A stretch of 64,000 bases of DNA from positions 4,588,001-4,652,000 of the forward strand of contig JAQFVV010000009.1 of the NCBI GenBank assembly GCA_028023455.1, written 5' to 3'. The DNA is from Epiperipatus broadwayi (lineage: Eukaryota > Animalia > Onychophora). Numbering within the stretch: the first letter of the stretch is position 1; each line of letters opens with the position of its first letter. Under the pieces are notes generated by a model, which searched no databases, had not been told where the DNA came from, and was given only the letters and a program-made list of their open reading frames with translations. Below, piece after piece: positions 1 to 11,297 of the stretch. The position numbers and the translations under genes are program-made.

Positions 1-1500
1 CATCATAAAGCTTTTGGAACTATAAAATCTAACTGGAGGTTTTACATCAATACTACCAAACATTTCCTCTTAGAAAATGCCATCATCTGCTTAAAGAAAG
101 ATAAAAGTAACAGATTTGTCCTCATGGATAAATCTGAGTTCACCAACAAAATGCAGCTTCAAATAAACAGTCTAAAATTCAACGTAATTCCCACTTACAA
201 CATAAAGTGTAATAAAAGTTTGTCAGTGAATTATTACGTAAATATTGCAACAAGACTTTCACCAAGAATGAGTACTACAAAATATATCCATTCCTAGCTA
301 TCTCCCGTGTATGTTTGCCAATGCCAAGGTGCATAAGCCTAACATATCAGAGGCGTACATTATTTTAACATTGCCAAAATAATCAACCAATGATTGACTG
401 ACCAGGTTGGTTACAGCACATACACTATCAAGTCATCATTCTACTTCATCGAACATATAAAAAATGATAAATCTAAACTTGATTCTATATATAAAATAGC
501 TTCCCTAGATATCACTGAACTTTACAACTCAATTAATAGGAAACTTTAACTAAACATAATGGGAGTTGAACTCACAAAATACAACTATTCTCTGATACGC
601 ACCACATTCATTTTCTGCATTTTCTCAACTTGTTCATCAAGGCCAGCATTACAGCATGACTGAAGAAAGGTTCATGGGTTTTCTCCTCAGTGGCATCCTA
701 TCCATAAATCACTTCGAAGACATAATCCTTCCAGCACACTTCTCACACACTCCTGATCTCATCTACATGTGTTATGTCAATGATATTTTTATAGCTGAAC
801 CAGAGCCCTCAATCCACAATATCAAAGCAAACCTCCAGACACACACGGCCTTACGCCTAATGATCAAATGGGAAGATTCATTTCAAAGTCTGAAATACTT
901 AGACATCCTCCTAAAAAGAAACATACATCATCTAGAATACTCAACATGCATCAAACCATTTGAACTTCATGAATTCACACACCCTAAGTGAATTTCTCCT
1001 CATTCTCATAAATTCTCTGGTCTATATTCTTTTCTATATTGCAATCACCTATTATGCAAACATGACTCATCTTGCAAAGCAAATATTAATCTCCATTGAA
1101 TTTAAATATAACCACTTAACAAGGAAAGTCATACAGTTCTATCACAAAATTAAAGTCAAACACTCCCAACAACAATAGACCTTGACTACACCTGCCATAC
1201 ATTTCCACACTAACAAAAATGTTTAATAAGATTTTTTTCCCAACTCTTCAGCTAAGTTTTGGAAACTCCCCCCCTCCCAATAAACTAATTAATAATTCCA
1301 TGAATAGAATCAAACCCAAACTGACCCCCAACACAATAAATAAAATTAAATGTCCCCAAACTATAGGCAAAGCAACATATTATGGAAAATGTCGAGCATC
1401 TTTATCAATACGCATATCACAACATCAATACTAATATGACAAGCCAGAATATAGTTCTATCTTCCTTGAACACCAGAAAGCAACAGGATATAGCACTAAT
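1..1500 (+). mobile_element. Degenerate Penelope-like element (frameshifted RT and start of GIY-YIG), paralogous to the 1501-4095 element; open at the left window edge
   Basis: ORF fragments MGFLLSGILSINHFEDIILP..YMCYVNDIFIA and YKIKCPQ..ATYYGKC..RISQH align by eye to the RT and endonuclease of the downstream copy. Confidence 0.85.
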
Positions 1501-1610
1501 CAGACCTATTACACATTGTAGTATAATTATAGCTTCACTAACGCATGCGAAAAAAAATCGCATTAAATTACAATTTTTACTAGTAAAGAGAAAAACAATT
1601 TATTACATAA

Positions 1611-3989
1611 ATGAATCAACTCGATTGGCAATGGCAGATTACGAGGGTAAGTAATTCTATTGGTACTTTGAATCAAAGACTCTCCTTTTTACAAAAATTC
1701 CAACAGTACAATATTATTCCAAATTGCTGTAGAGTAAAAATTAACCGATGCATATATAATCATGATACTGTTACTAGAAAAATGCAAAAATATTTTCTTG
1801 CAATTATAACAAAGGGATGTAAAAACGCTCTAAAGAAAGCGAATAAGCGATGGGATAGAATGACAGCTCACAGAGTAATTCCCAACTACATTATTAATAA
1901 GTGCAATAAACTAGAGCTGAAATTAACAGTTAAATTCATGAAAAAACTAAAATTTTTGGCACACAAGCAAAATATAAAAATAACACCTACCAATGCAGCA
2001 GTTACATATATAAACAGAACAACGATAAATCCTCCGGAAGAAATTAGAAACGTTCTCAAGCTGGGGCCTAAATTCATTGGGGGTCAGTGGACACAGCCAA
2101 AAATGGAAACTACGGCTGATATCGAGGCCGGTCTTATAAACGAACCCAGCAAAGAAAAGGTTATAGAACAGGTTGTAAAAATTATTAAACATAAAAATTT
2201 ACTACCTAAGCATAACAATTGGCATGACAAAATTAATAAAACTAAACAATTTCTAGAAAGTAACTCAATTGTATGCATCAAAGAGGATAAAGGCAATAGA
2301 TTCGTCTTGATTTCAAGAGCTGAGTACACAAACAAAATGGAAGAGCAGATCAACAAACTTAAGTTCACATGCATAATTGAAAACAATAATAAAATCAACA
2401 AAGATAGATTCATATCCAATATATTAAGGACTCATAAAGATAAAACACTGTCTAGGGCTGAATATTTCCGAATCTATCCATCATCTTCCATACCACCTAG
2501 AATGTTTGCCAACATAAAACTGCATAAAGAAAACTCTCCTCTCAGATTAATGCTCGACTTTGGAGACATCCACTATTTCCAAACTGCGAAAGTGATCAAC
2601 CTATGGCTTATAGATTCCCTGGGATTTGGAAACCACACTGTCAAATCATCATTTGAATTTGTGGAAAAAATAAAAAATGCTAAAATAGATTTAGAACACA
2701 AAATGACTGTATGCGATGTCAATGAACTTTATGGCTCAATTAACAGAAAAACCTCCATTATCATCATCAAAGATGAATTAAATAAGAAAAATTATCCAAC
2801 AAAACGAATTGATTTTATAATAGAATTCTTGAAGTGACTGGATATCATCAAAGATGAATTAAATAAGAAAAATTATCCAACAAAATGAATTGATTTTATA
2901 ATAGAATTCTTGAAGTGACTGGATAACAACATATTGGCTAAATTTGAAAACAAATGGTATGTTATGAATGACGGTTGGCCAATGGGACTGCCAATGAGTG
3001 GAATTGTTGCTAGTATCGTCATAAACCATTATGAGAGCCAAATTCTTCCAAAACATTTCACAACAGATCCAACTCTCATATACACTCGATATGTTGATGA
3101 CATTTTTATTGCAGCAAAACCTTCCACCACTATCAACATACAAAATGAATTTCAAGCCATCTCAGGATTAACCCTCAGTAGAACTGATGAAAACAAGGAA
3201 CAAGAAATAAAATATCTAGACTTGTTAATAAAAAGAGAGAACACATACCTAGATTATAAAATGATGGTTAAACCACTGCACATAAGAGGTTACACAAGTC
3301 CAAAGTCTAACACCCCCAACACATATAAATGGGCAGGTATGAATGCTTTCCTATTCAGAAATCACCATTTATGTAAATACATAGCGGATAGGAAAAACAA
3401 CATCGACAAATATATAAAGGAAATGACTAACATAGGCTTTAAACCCAATATGATCAATCAGAGAATAAAAACATTTTATAGAAAACTCAGAAATAAACAG
3501 CCTAAAGACAATATGAAATACCTATCAATTCCTTTTATACCTAATGTAACTTCAAATATTGCAAAAAAAATGTCTAACAATTTCAAATTTAACTTCAGAA
3601 CACCTCCCAGTAATAACCGACTAATAAATAATTCCAAAGATACAATAGAAAAAGATCAAGCCCCTCATGTGGTCTATAAAATGGCATGCCCTCAATTAGG
3701 CTGCCAGGCATCTTACTATGGTGAGACTTGGGCTAACCTTAATACAAGAATTTACCAACACAGGTATGCATACAACAGGGTTAAAAATAAAAATGAAGGA
3801 ACATCAGTATTCTGGGACCACCAAGCAGCTACAGGCCATGTATTCGAACCCAGTTCTGCCCAAATAATTTGTACAGAGAAGAGTGATGCCAAAAGAAAAG
3901 TTAAAGAAGCTTTTTACATAGCAAATGATCTCAGTGCCATTAATAGAAGAGAGGCATGCTTTGCTCTCTCCAAACAATGGACTAACTAA
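1611..3989 (+). pseudogene. PLE RT-GIY-YIG polyprotein (~765 aa if repaired), interrupted by an in-frame TGA and an 81-bp tandem duplication
   Basis: Motifs KEDKGNRFV, PRMFANIKLHK, CDVNELY, GWPMGLPMSG, RYVDDIFI; endonuclease HVVYKMACPQLGCQASYYGET..R..H..DH..GH..R..E; duplication 2764-2844 / 2845-2925. Confidence 0.9.
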
Positions 3990-4050
3990 TTAAAAATTCA
4001 AACTCATTTGCATATGTGTACAATAAATCACAACAGTCTTCATTCACAAA

Positions 4051-4095
4051 GCTATGAGTATGAGATTCAAACATTAAATCTCGAAAGTGCTAAGC
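4051..4095 (+). ncRNA. Variant type I hammerhead ribozyme (copy A)
   Basis: GCT-ATGAGTA-T-GAGATT/AATCTC-GAA-AGTGCT-A-AGC: stems I, II and III form; core has A3-U8 instead of C3-G8. Confidence 0.7.
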
Positions 4096-4157
4096 AGACC
4101 TATTATACATTATAGTATAATTATAGCTTCACTAACGCATGCGAAAAAAGTCGCATA

Positions 4158-5133
4158 CACCTGCGTCTCGTTTTATGCGGATTATTTTAATGCGATTTTG
4201 AAGTTATGCGATTCATGTTTTTTTTTTAATATCTTTCATATTTCACTATATTTATTAGATATCAAGAAATTTAAATTATTAATAACTTATTTTGACTTGA
4301 AATACTTTTTTTTTTTCAAAAATATAACGTTATATTAGCAGCTAACGTGAATATGGCCTGAAGCTGTATTTAGAATTTTAGCTTCTATGTAAATAACCTA
4401 TTTATACTAATGAGTAAATAATAATAGATTTATACTTAAATATAAAAATATCGCAATAAATATTCAAAAAAATTAAACTTTTAAACCGTATTTTGTTATA
4501 TATAACAAAAATAAAAAATCTTTTAGATTTTTAAAATAAAAAACGAAGATTTTATAAACTGAAAATAATCTTTCTAATGATAATGTATAATCCTTTTGTT
4601 TTGATTACAATCTCATTTTTTAATACAGAGACAAAAAACCATTAACACAGCACAAAACTAAAAGTGGCACTAGTTGTACATCACATCACGAATAAAAATA
4701 AAGTGGCTAACAGGTTTTTCTGGGCATAATTGCTGAGAGATTCTTGACTTCGTTTAAGGAGAAGCCACAATACCTCACATCACATCGAATCTGATTTCTT
4801 ACCAGTTTACAAACAAACGCTAGCAGTAAAGATTAAAATATGTATGAAAAATGTAAAATTAAATACTGTAGTTTAAAAAAAGTAAAAAAGGTTTGTCTTG
4901 TATTAATTTTTTTCAAATATTTGAAATTTTTTATTAGTCATACTTTATTTGCTTATTTTTTTTAATGCTAATTTTAAAGTAATTTTTTCTTGTTGCTTTA
5001 CTTTTATGCGAATTCTGAAAAATACAGAACCTATCCCCCATTTTTCAAGGTAAGTTAAGTCTATTTTTGTGCGATTTTTTTTAATGCGGGTTTTCTGTGG
5101 AACCTATCTACCACATAAAACAAGACCCAGGTG
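4158..5133. mobile_element. Non-autonomous pogo/Tigger-like (Tc1/mariner) DNA transposon inserted in the PLE pseudo-LTR
   Basis: TIRs cacctgcgtctcgttttatgcgg / ccacataaaacaagacccaggtg, TA on both sides (4156-4157, 5134-5135); the pLTR sequence resumes after it. Confidence 0.8.
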
Positions 5134-5135
5134 TA

Positions 5136-5400
5136 TTTATAATTACAATTTTTACTAGTGAAGAGAAAAACCATTTATTAAATAGAATATATTGAGAAAA
5201 ATAACTCAAAACATAAAAATTAGAGAAGCATGGTATATAGCTAACAACACCTACATTATAAACCGCAAAGAATCATGCTTCCCCCTCTCCAAAAAATAGA
5301 CATTCTCTTTGCATAAATTTAAATACCATACACCACTTTCCTATTCTGATTCTGCTATGAATATGAAGACTTAATAAGCTCTCGAAAGTGCTAAACCATC
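5136..5400 (+). mobile_element. PLE pLTR continuation fused to the 3' end of a diverged PLE endonuclease, with variant hammerhead copy B (5354-5396)
   Basis: 5140-5190 matches 1567-1610; then KHKIREAWYIANNTYIINRKESCFPLSKK-stop, then gctatgaatatga..tcgaaagtgctaa. Confidence 0.75.
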
Positions 5401-5736
5401 GTATTGTTACTCTGCTCAGCTTCTTTATTGCTGTGCCCCAGCACACTTAACATATATTACAATTTGTACAAGAGAAGTCTATGCATTTTTCATTACATAA
5501 TTTATATATTAAAAATAAATGGTTCTAGTGTTTAAATTATAATAAACATAATCAATAATAAAACATATGTCAGTAAACAATTTGTAATATTATCAAATAA
5601 TAATCAATTAAAATGTTCAATTTGTTGCAAATATAATCCAATTAGTAAAAAGATAAATCATAGATTCATTGCCTATTGAAATACAATTCTTCACTTGTGC
5701 ATTATTGTTGACGATCAGTGCACTGAACCTCATCAG

Positions 5737-6180
5737 ACCAATAAATAATAATAGTTAAGATTCCCATTTAATGTACAATAATTGAATGGCTAGCTAAGTT
5801 AACCTATAAGCTTACTATATAAAACAAAAAATCGTACATTTACTTATGGCCTAAAAACTATTTCAAAATTTCATAAAACCCAAGCTTGAATCTTAAAGTG
5901 GTGAACATAATAGGTGGTTACAAAACCATTCTAAATTAATTCCCTACATTTAAAGGCTACCAATAAATAATAATAGTTAAGATTCCCATTTAATGTACAG
6001 TAATTGAATGGCTAGCTAAGTTAACCTATAAGCTTACTATATAAAACAAAAAATCGTACATTTACTTATGGCCTAAAAACTATTTCAAAATTTCATAAAA
6101 CCCAAGCTTGAATCTTAAAGTGGTGAACATACTAGGTGGTTACAAAACCATTCTAAATTAATTCCCTATATTTAAAGGCT
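5737..6180. repeat. Two-copy near-perfect 222-bp tandem duplication
   Basis: 5737-5958 repeated at 5959-6180 with only a few substitutions. Confidence 0.9.
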
Positions 6181-6810
6181 AAACTTTAGTTTTCTCAAGC
6201 ACCATTCTAAATTCAGAGCTTTTTTCTTGGTTTTTCGAAAAAACTTCATGTTTAGATTTTGAATTTTAACCACCTTACATTACAAATAAATGTATACTGT
6301 ACATATATTCAGAATATAAATTTAGATCTAATACTTCTACTAAATATATAATAAAGAAAAAAACTAAACTGTAATCATTTTTATGGTAATGTGTAGACTA
6401 TTATTAATTGAAAATAATTCACATAGCAAAGTTCATTCATAGAATGAAATTGATCGTTGGTGAAAATAATTCACATAATAGTTTTACATACTTAAAACAA
6501 CTTATATCCAGTATTCTGTTCAATTATATAACCAAAATATTAAATGATTATACTTTCTGGATGACTGTGTTTATTAAATTTTACACCAGCTTTCAACTTT
6601 ATTTATTTACTTAGTGTAAAGATTTTTTTTTTAAAAAAAAAGCTAGTTATTCACTATCATTATAAAAAGATCTGTAAAAATTTAAACTAGAAGACAGATT
6701 CATTCATGGCCTTACTAATTTCAAGTCAGCTACTATTTGATTCATGGTTTGTATGTTAACATAGTTACAAATTGTTGAATTTAAATTTCTGAAACATATA
6801 GAAACAGTAA

Positions 6811-7420
6811 AAATTAAAGAGCTCTGCTAATTGCTCTAACAAGCTTTATTGATAAATGCCAGCAAAGCATTTAAAAATCTCTATCTTGAAAACACTCCCC
6901 AACCTCAGACTAATGGTTGCATGCTTTGGCACTCCTCAGCAAGGTGCTAGGATAGTTTCTGACACTAGATCTAAAAATACCAAGCCAAGGCCAGCATTTT
7001 TAGCAATTAGCAGAGCTCTTTATTTTTATTTATAAGCTTAAAAAACTGAGTCATATGACCTAATCTTTGCTTTAAAGTCATAAGCAATTTTATATTGCTA
7101 AGGCTATCAATATATGGTTTGGCAGATCTCTCAGCCCCATATAGCTATTTAAGTTAGATAGCTGGGTTTGAAGACATATAGGTGTCTAAAAATTTCAAAT
7201 TTTCAAATGCTGGTTTTGGCTTGGTATTTTTATATCAAGTGTCTGAAACTACCTTAGCACCTTACTGAGGAGTGCCAAAGCATGAAACCATTAGCCTGAA
7301 ATTGGGGAGTGTAATCAGAATAGAGATTTTTAAATGCTTTGTTTTGCTGGCATTTTTCAATAAAGCTTGTTAGAGCAATTAGCTGAGTTCTTTATTTTTT
7401 ATTTGCAAGCTTAAAAAATT
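6811..7420. mobile_element. ORF-less inverted arrangement of a ~200-bp hammerhead-containing unit (PLE pLTR or retrozyme-like)
   Basis: 6811-6999 is the reverse complement of ~7205-7395; hammerhead CCTTA-CTGAGGA-GTGC/GCAT-GAAA at 7260-7301 (+) and its copy at 6903-6944 (-). Confidence 0.75.
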
Positions 7421-10400
7421 GAGACGTGATATATTTTAATTTGTATAGAAACAATAATTATAAATTGTCATAAGCCTATTGATTAGACTCCACTGATATC
7501 AAGGAAATTCCAAAACCAGTTTTATTTAACTTTATTGTTGAATCAATCTATTTCTTGCACCATAATACATAACACTTATCAAATTTTGATTTGAGACATG
7601 TTGTAATTTAACACAAGTGATAATTTTATTAATAACTTTTATGCATTTTCTGAAGGCAACTTGTCTTCTGATATTTGATGAAAAATTATGGGAATGGGAA
7701 AAGTTATTGTAAAGGAATGGACTTGAATATTCTCTAATAATTTTTTTGGTAATATTTAATTATATATTTTGTCTTTAAACAAGAGCATATAGAATATGCT
7801 AGTGCTAAGAAAGCTGATCTTAATTTGCATATAATTACAAAAAGTCATCCATCTTTGATAGATCAGAAAAATAAATTAGTGTATTCTTCAAACAATATTG
7901 AATAGGCTTATATTTCAGTCACAGCATTAATAAAAAAATATTTATAAGAGAAAAACTTTATAAAGTATTAAAAACTATTAAAAAGAAAATGGGGCAAGAA
8001 AAGATAAAGGTTACATGGAATAGTTACTTAAAAAAAAAAAATAGAATAGAATTAAGGCAGAAATAAGATAAAAATAAAATTAACAGTATAGGAAATGAGA
8101 GTTGTGAGCATTTTTCAGAAATATATGAAAAAGAGAAAAAAGAAAAAAAAGAATATTATAATTTAAATGCAGAGAAAAATGAAAATGATGAAAGACTTGA
8201 AAAAATATTTAATGAATTTATAAGAAAAACTTTGAAAGAGAGCTGGCAATTGAATAAGATTTATTAAAGAACTTAATTTATGGTGGGATGGATAAAATCA
8301 TAGAAATGTCTAAGATAGATGTTTAATTAAAAAAAAAAAGAAAAGGCGATTAGATAAAATACTAATAGATATGGGAAAAAGATGATTATGGGGAAAAGGA
8401 ATTTTACAGATAGTTAGAAATTAAAGCTGAAAAAAAAAAATCAAGATTTGTTAAAAATCTGGCATGTTTCTATTACAAAGTACGTAGAATTATTTGGAAA
8501 GGAATGATAGTTTCCCACTTTAGCATTTGGAAATGATGCATTTTGTATTGACCAATAAATCAGAAATTTTTAGACAGAATATAAATTAGGAAGTGAAGTG
8601 TGGACAGCATATGAGGCTATTCAATGTGTAGTAAATTTCATATTTTTAATGAGGGGAATGAAAAAGGAATAATTGCAACTTATTATATGTCAATATTAAC
8701 TTACTGTTTAGTATTTCCAGTAATAGCAGAGTTAAAATTGGATTTTTTGAAATTCTTAAAAAAAATATTTTTATATCACACAGTTACAATATGGTAATTG
8801 TCTTTCAGTAGGGTGCCAAACAGAAGTTTTTTTAATGATAAATAGAAATACATAATCAGATGAAACATGAAATAAAAATTTTAAAAATTGGAAAAAATTG
8901 TGATATCATCTACTCATGATATAATTTTATAAGAGAGATTAAAAATGACAAAAGATTAAGACAGTGATATAATAAAAATAGAAAAGTTTTGTCTGTAACT
9001 CAACCTGTTAACATATGATAACAAAACAATATTTATCATGAAAAATAAAAAGAAGTAAAAACATTAGAAAGAAACAAGTTTGGCTGCTTCAAAAAAAAAT
9101 ATGTATTTTAAGAAAAAAAAAGATTTGATAAGTTCAACTTATTCCAATAAATTTTCCTAGCAATAGAGAATCTAAATACATCTTTAAAAATCTTAATGTT
9201 ATTTAAAATTCTGGAAAACTAATATTTAAAGTAATCTTTTCAGTGAAGATTGATTATAATTTTTTTTTTTAAAAAAAAGTATAAAGTAACTGAAAGTAAA
9301 TTAAAAAAAAAAATATTTTCTTCAATTTAATTTAATTTTTCTCATATATTTATTTGTTGAAGTCACAAATTAATTCTTTTAAAAGAAATATATCAAACGT
9401 CATGTAAAAAAGTTTTTTTTTTCATAATATAAATATTATTTAAAAGAAAAACATTTGATATTTCTAATGTAATTGTTGTATCATCATTTTGGTTCAGCTT
9501 TTAGTAATAACTTAGATTACATTCATTGACTTTAAAAATAAAATACCTTTAAGACCTCTAGAAAAAAACTTGAAAAATTATTGAATGGTTTTGCAAATGC
9601 CTTCTTTTTATTCCTTCCTTTTAAGCATACCCATTCAATTGAATTACTCAGCAGGTATTTAGAATCAAATCCATGTCTTCAGCAAAAAAGGCTTAGTTAT
9701 CCTGTTATTTAATAGTTTCAGAAATATTATTCAGATGATAGAAGATATGTTGCTATGAATCAGTAAGATTATTTTCATGATCAAACTTCTGCACAATTAG
9801 CAATTAGGGAATTTTCACAATACATAACTAATTCGATTACAGTGAAGTACTTTGCATTGTGATTAAATATTACTTATATTGAATCTTATTTTCCTTGGCT
9901 TTTTCATATGTAAAATTTCTGCAATCTTAGACAAAGCTCAAAATATATTTTATATTCTAAAGTCAATAGTTATAAATAAATATTTAGTAGTGTATAAAAC
10001 AACTGCAAAAATTTTTACATGATACTTGTAATGCTATTATTTCCTTCATGAGCAATTTTTGGCAAGAAATGTTACGTTTATTCTTAATTTTAAAAGTTGT
10101 ATCAAACCATCATTATTCTGGATCAGAAAATTCATAAAATTGACATAAAAATTTATTATAACATCTATAAAATTATTTCTAAATTGTTTATGTCATAATC
10201 TTTGATTTTTAAAACATTTTGACCATATTAGAAGATGAAATATTTTCACTGATTCTTTATTCCTGATCATGCTCAATAATAAATACAAGCATAATAATAC
10301 CAACATAGAAATAAAAATGATAATGAGGCAAACTCACCATTTACATAAAACAGCATATGAATTTATTTTCCAAAGCAATATACTTAATAAGCTAGAAACA

Positions 10401-11179
10401 GAATCATGGTGTAACAATCAGCAATCTTAATAATTTTCATCTAACTATTATAATTTATAGCAGCTTCAACATAAAAAACCTGAATCAGCTCTGTAGCTAA
10501 GTCATCAGCAAATATAAACTTAACATGTCATGGACTACTCATGTTATAACAAAATTCTGCTATTTTTTATGTATGAAGTGGCTTGCGGTTACGGATAGCG
10601 TCAGAAAAACTATCAAAATCCCAGGCTTGCTGTTTCATTTTACATCAAGTATGATCTATCCTATTAATCTATATTTCTTGCAATGATACATTGCCATTTA
10701 ATGATTAGCATATATTTTATTTATTAATTTACATACTACTACATATCTTTTGTGTGGTCAATAAAAAATAAGCTCTTTACAAAAAAAAATCTGATTAAAA
10801 AAAAAAGAAAGGAAAAAAATTGTTATAATTTAACACACATTAAATAAATAAAAACTTAAAAATTACCTAATTTACATTTATTTATTTTAAAGACATGATT
10901 GAAAGAGGTCTCCATCAGCAACAATGCATAGTTCCAAATTATTTTTATAATTTGTTTTGCTTTTAATAAAATTCTTTAATATATATATAAAACATAAAAT
11001 TATTTCTTATAAGTCTACTTTTTCATGAGTGATCCTGAAAATCCACACATATATTCATCATAAGATAAATACTCTTCATAAATAAATTATTCAATTCAAT
11101 TTTATAAATGTTCCATAAAATTCTAAATTTATATAAAAACTATTGTTTTATTAACATTTCATACTAATAAGCCACTAAC

Positions 11180-11297
11180 CAATAAAGCTGCAGCTTCAGT
11201 GCGAACTTTCATAGACAAATCATTTAACATGTTGCATATTTTTGCAAATCCATCATCAATCAGTCGAAGTTCTTGCTGATCCTCTGAAGTTATAATA
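11180..11297 (-). CDS. INTS4: Integrator complex subunit 4, coding exon 5
   Basis: (S)IITSEDQQELRLIDDGFAKICNMLNDLSMKVRTEAAALL resembles INTS4 EEIRLVDDAFGKICHMVSDGSWVVRVQAAKLL; AG/GT borders; phase 2 matches the upstream exon. Confidence 0.92.

Larger units (their letters stand above)
1501..4148 (+). mobile_element. Near-full-length Penelope-like retroelement (RT plus C-terminal GIY-YIG) with pseudo-LTR direct repeat
   Basis: ORFs 1611-2837 and 2934-3989 share one frame; direct repeat cagacctatta..gcatgcgaaaaaa at 1501-1557 and 4095-4148; hammerhead-like motif follows the stop codon. Confidence 0.92.

Noticed and set aside
4040-4095. SECIS reading of ATGA..AAA..GA in the PLE 3' UTR
   Set aside because: The helix does not place the GA quartet correctly; the hammerhead fold explains all four copies better.
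5690-5740. Minus-strand CTGATGA followed by the hairpin tcagtgcactga (possible hammerhead)
   Set aside because: No GAAA after stem II and no stem I or III; too degenerate to call.
5400-11179. Expected INTS4 exon 6 (QTLDKKLMS-like)
   Set aside because: Not found; the cagacacttgata match near 7235 lies inside the inverted repeat, so the gene probably continues left of the window.
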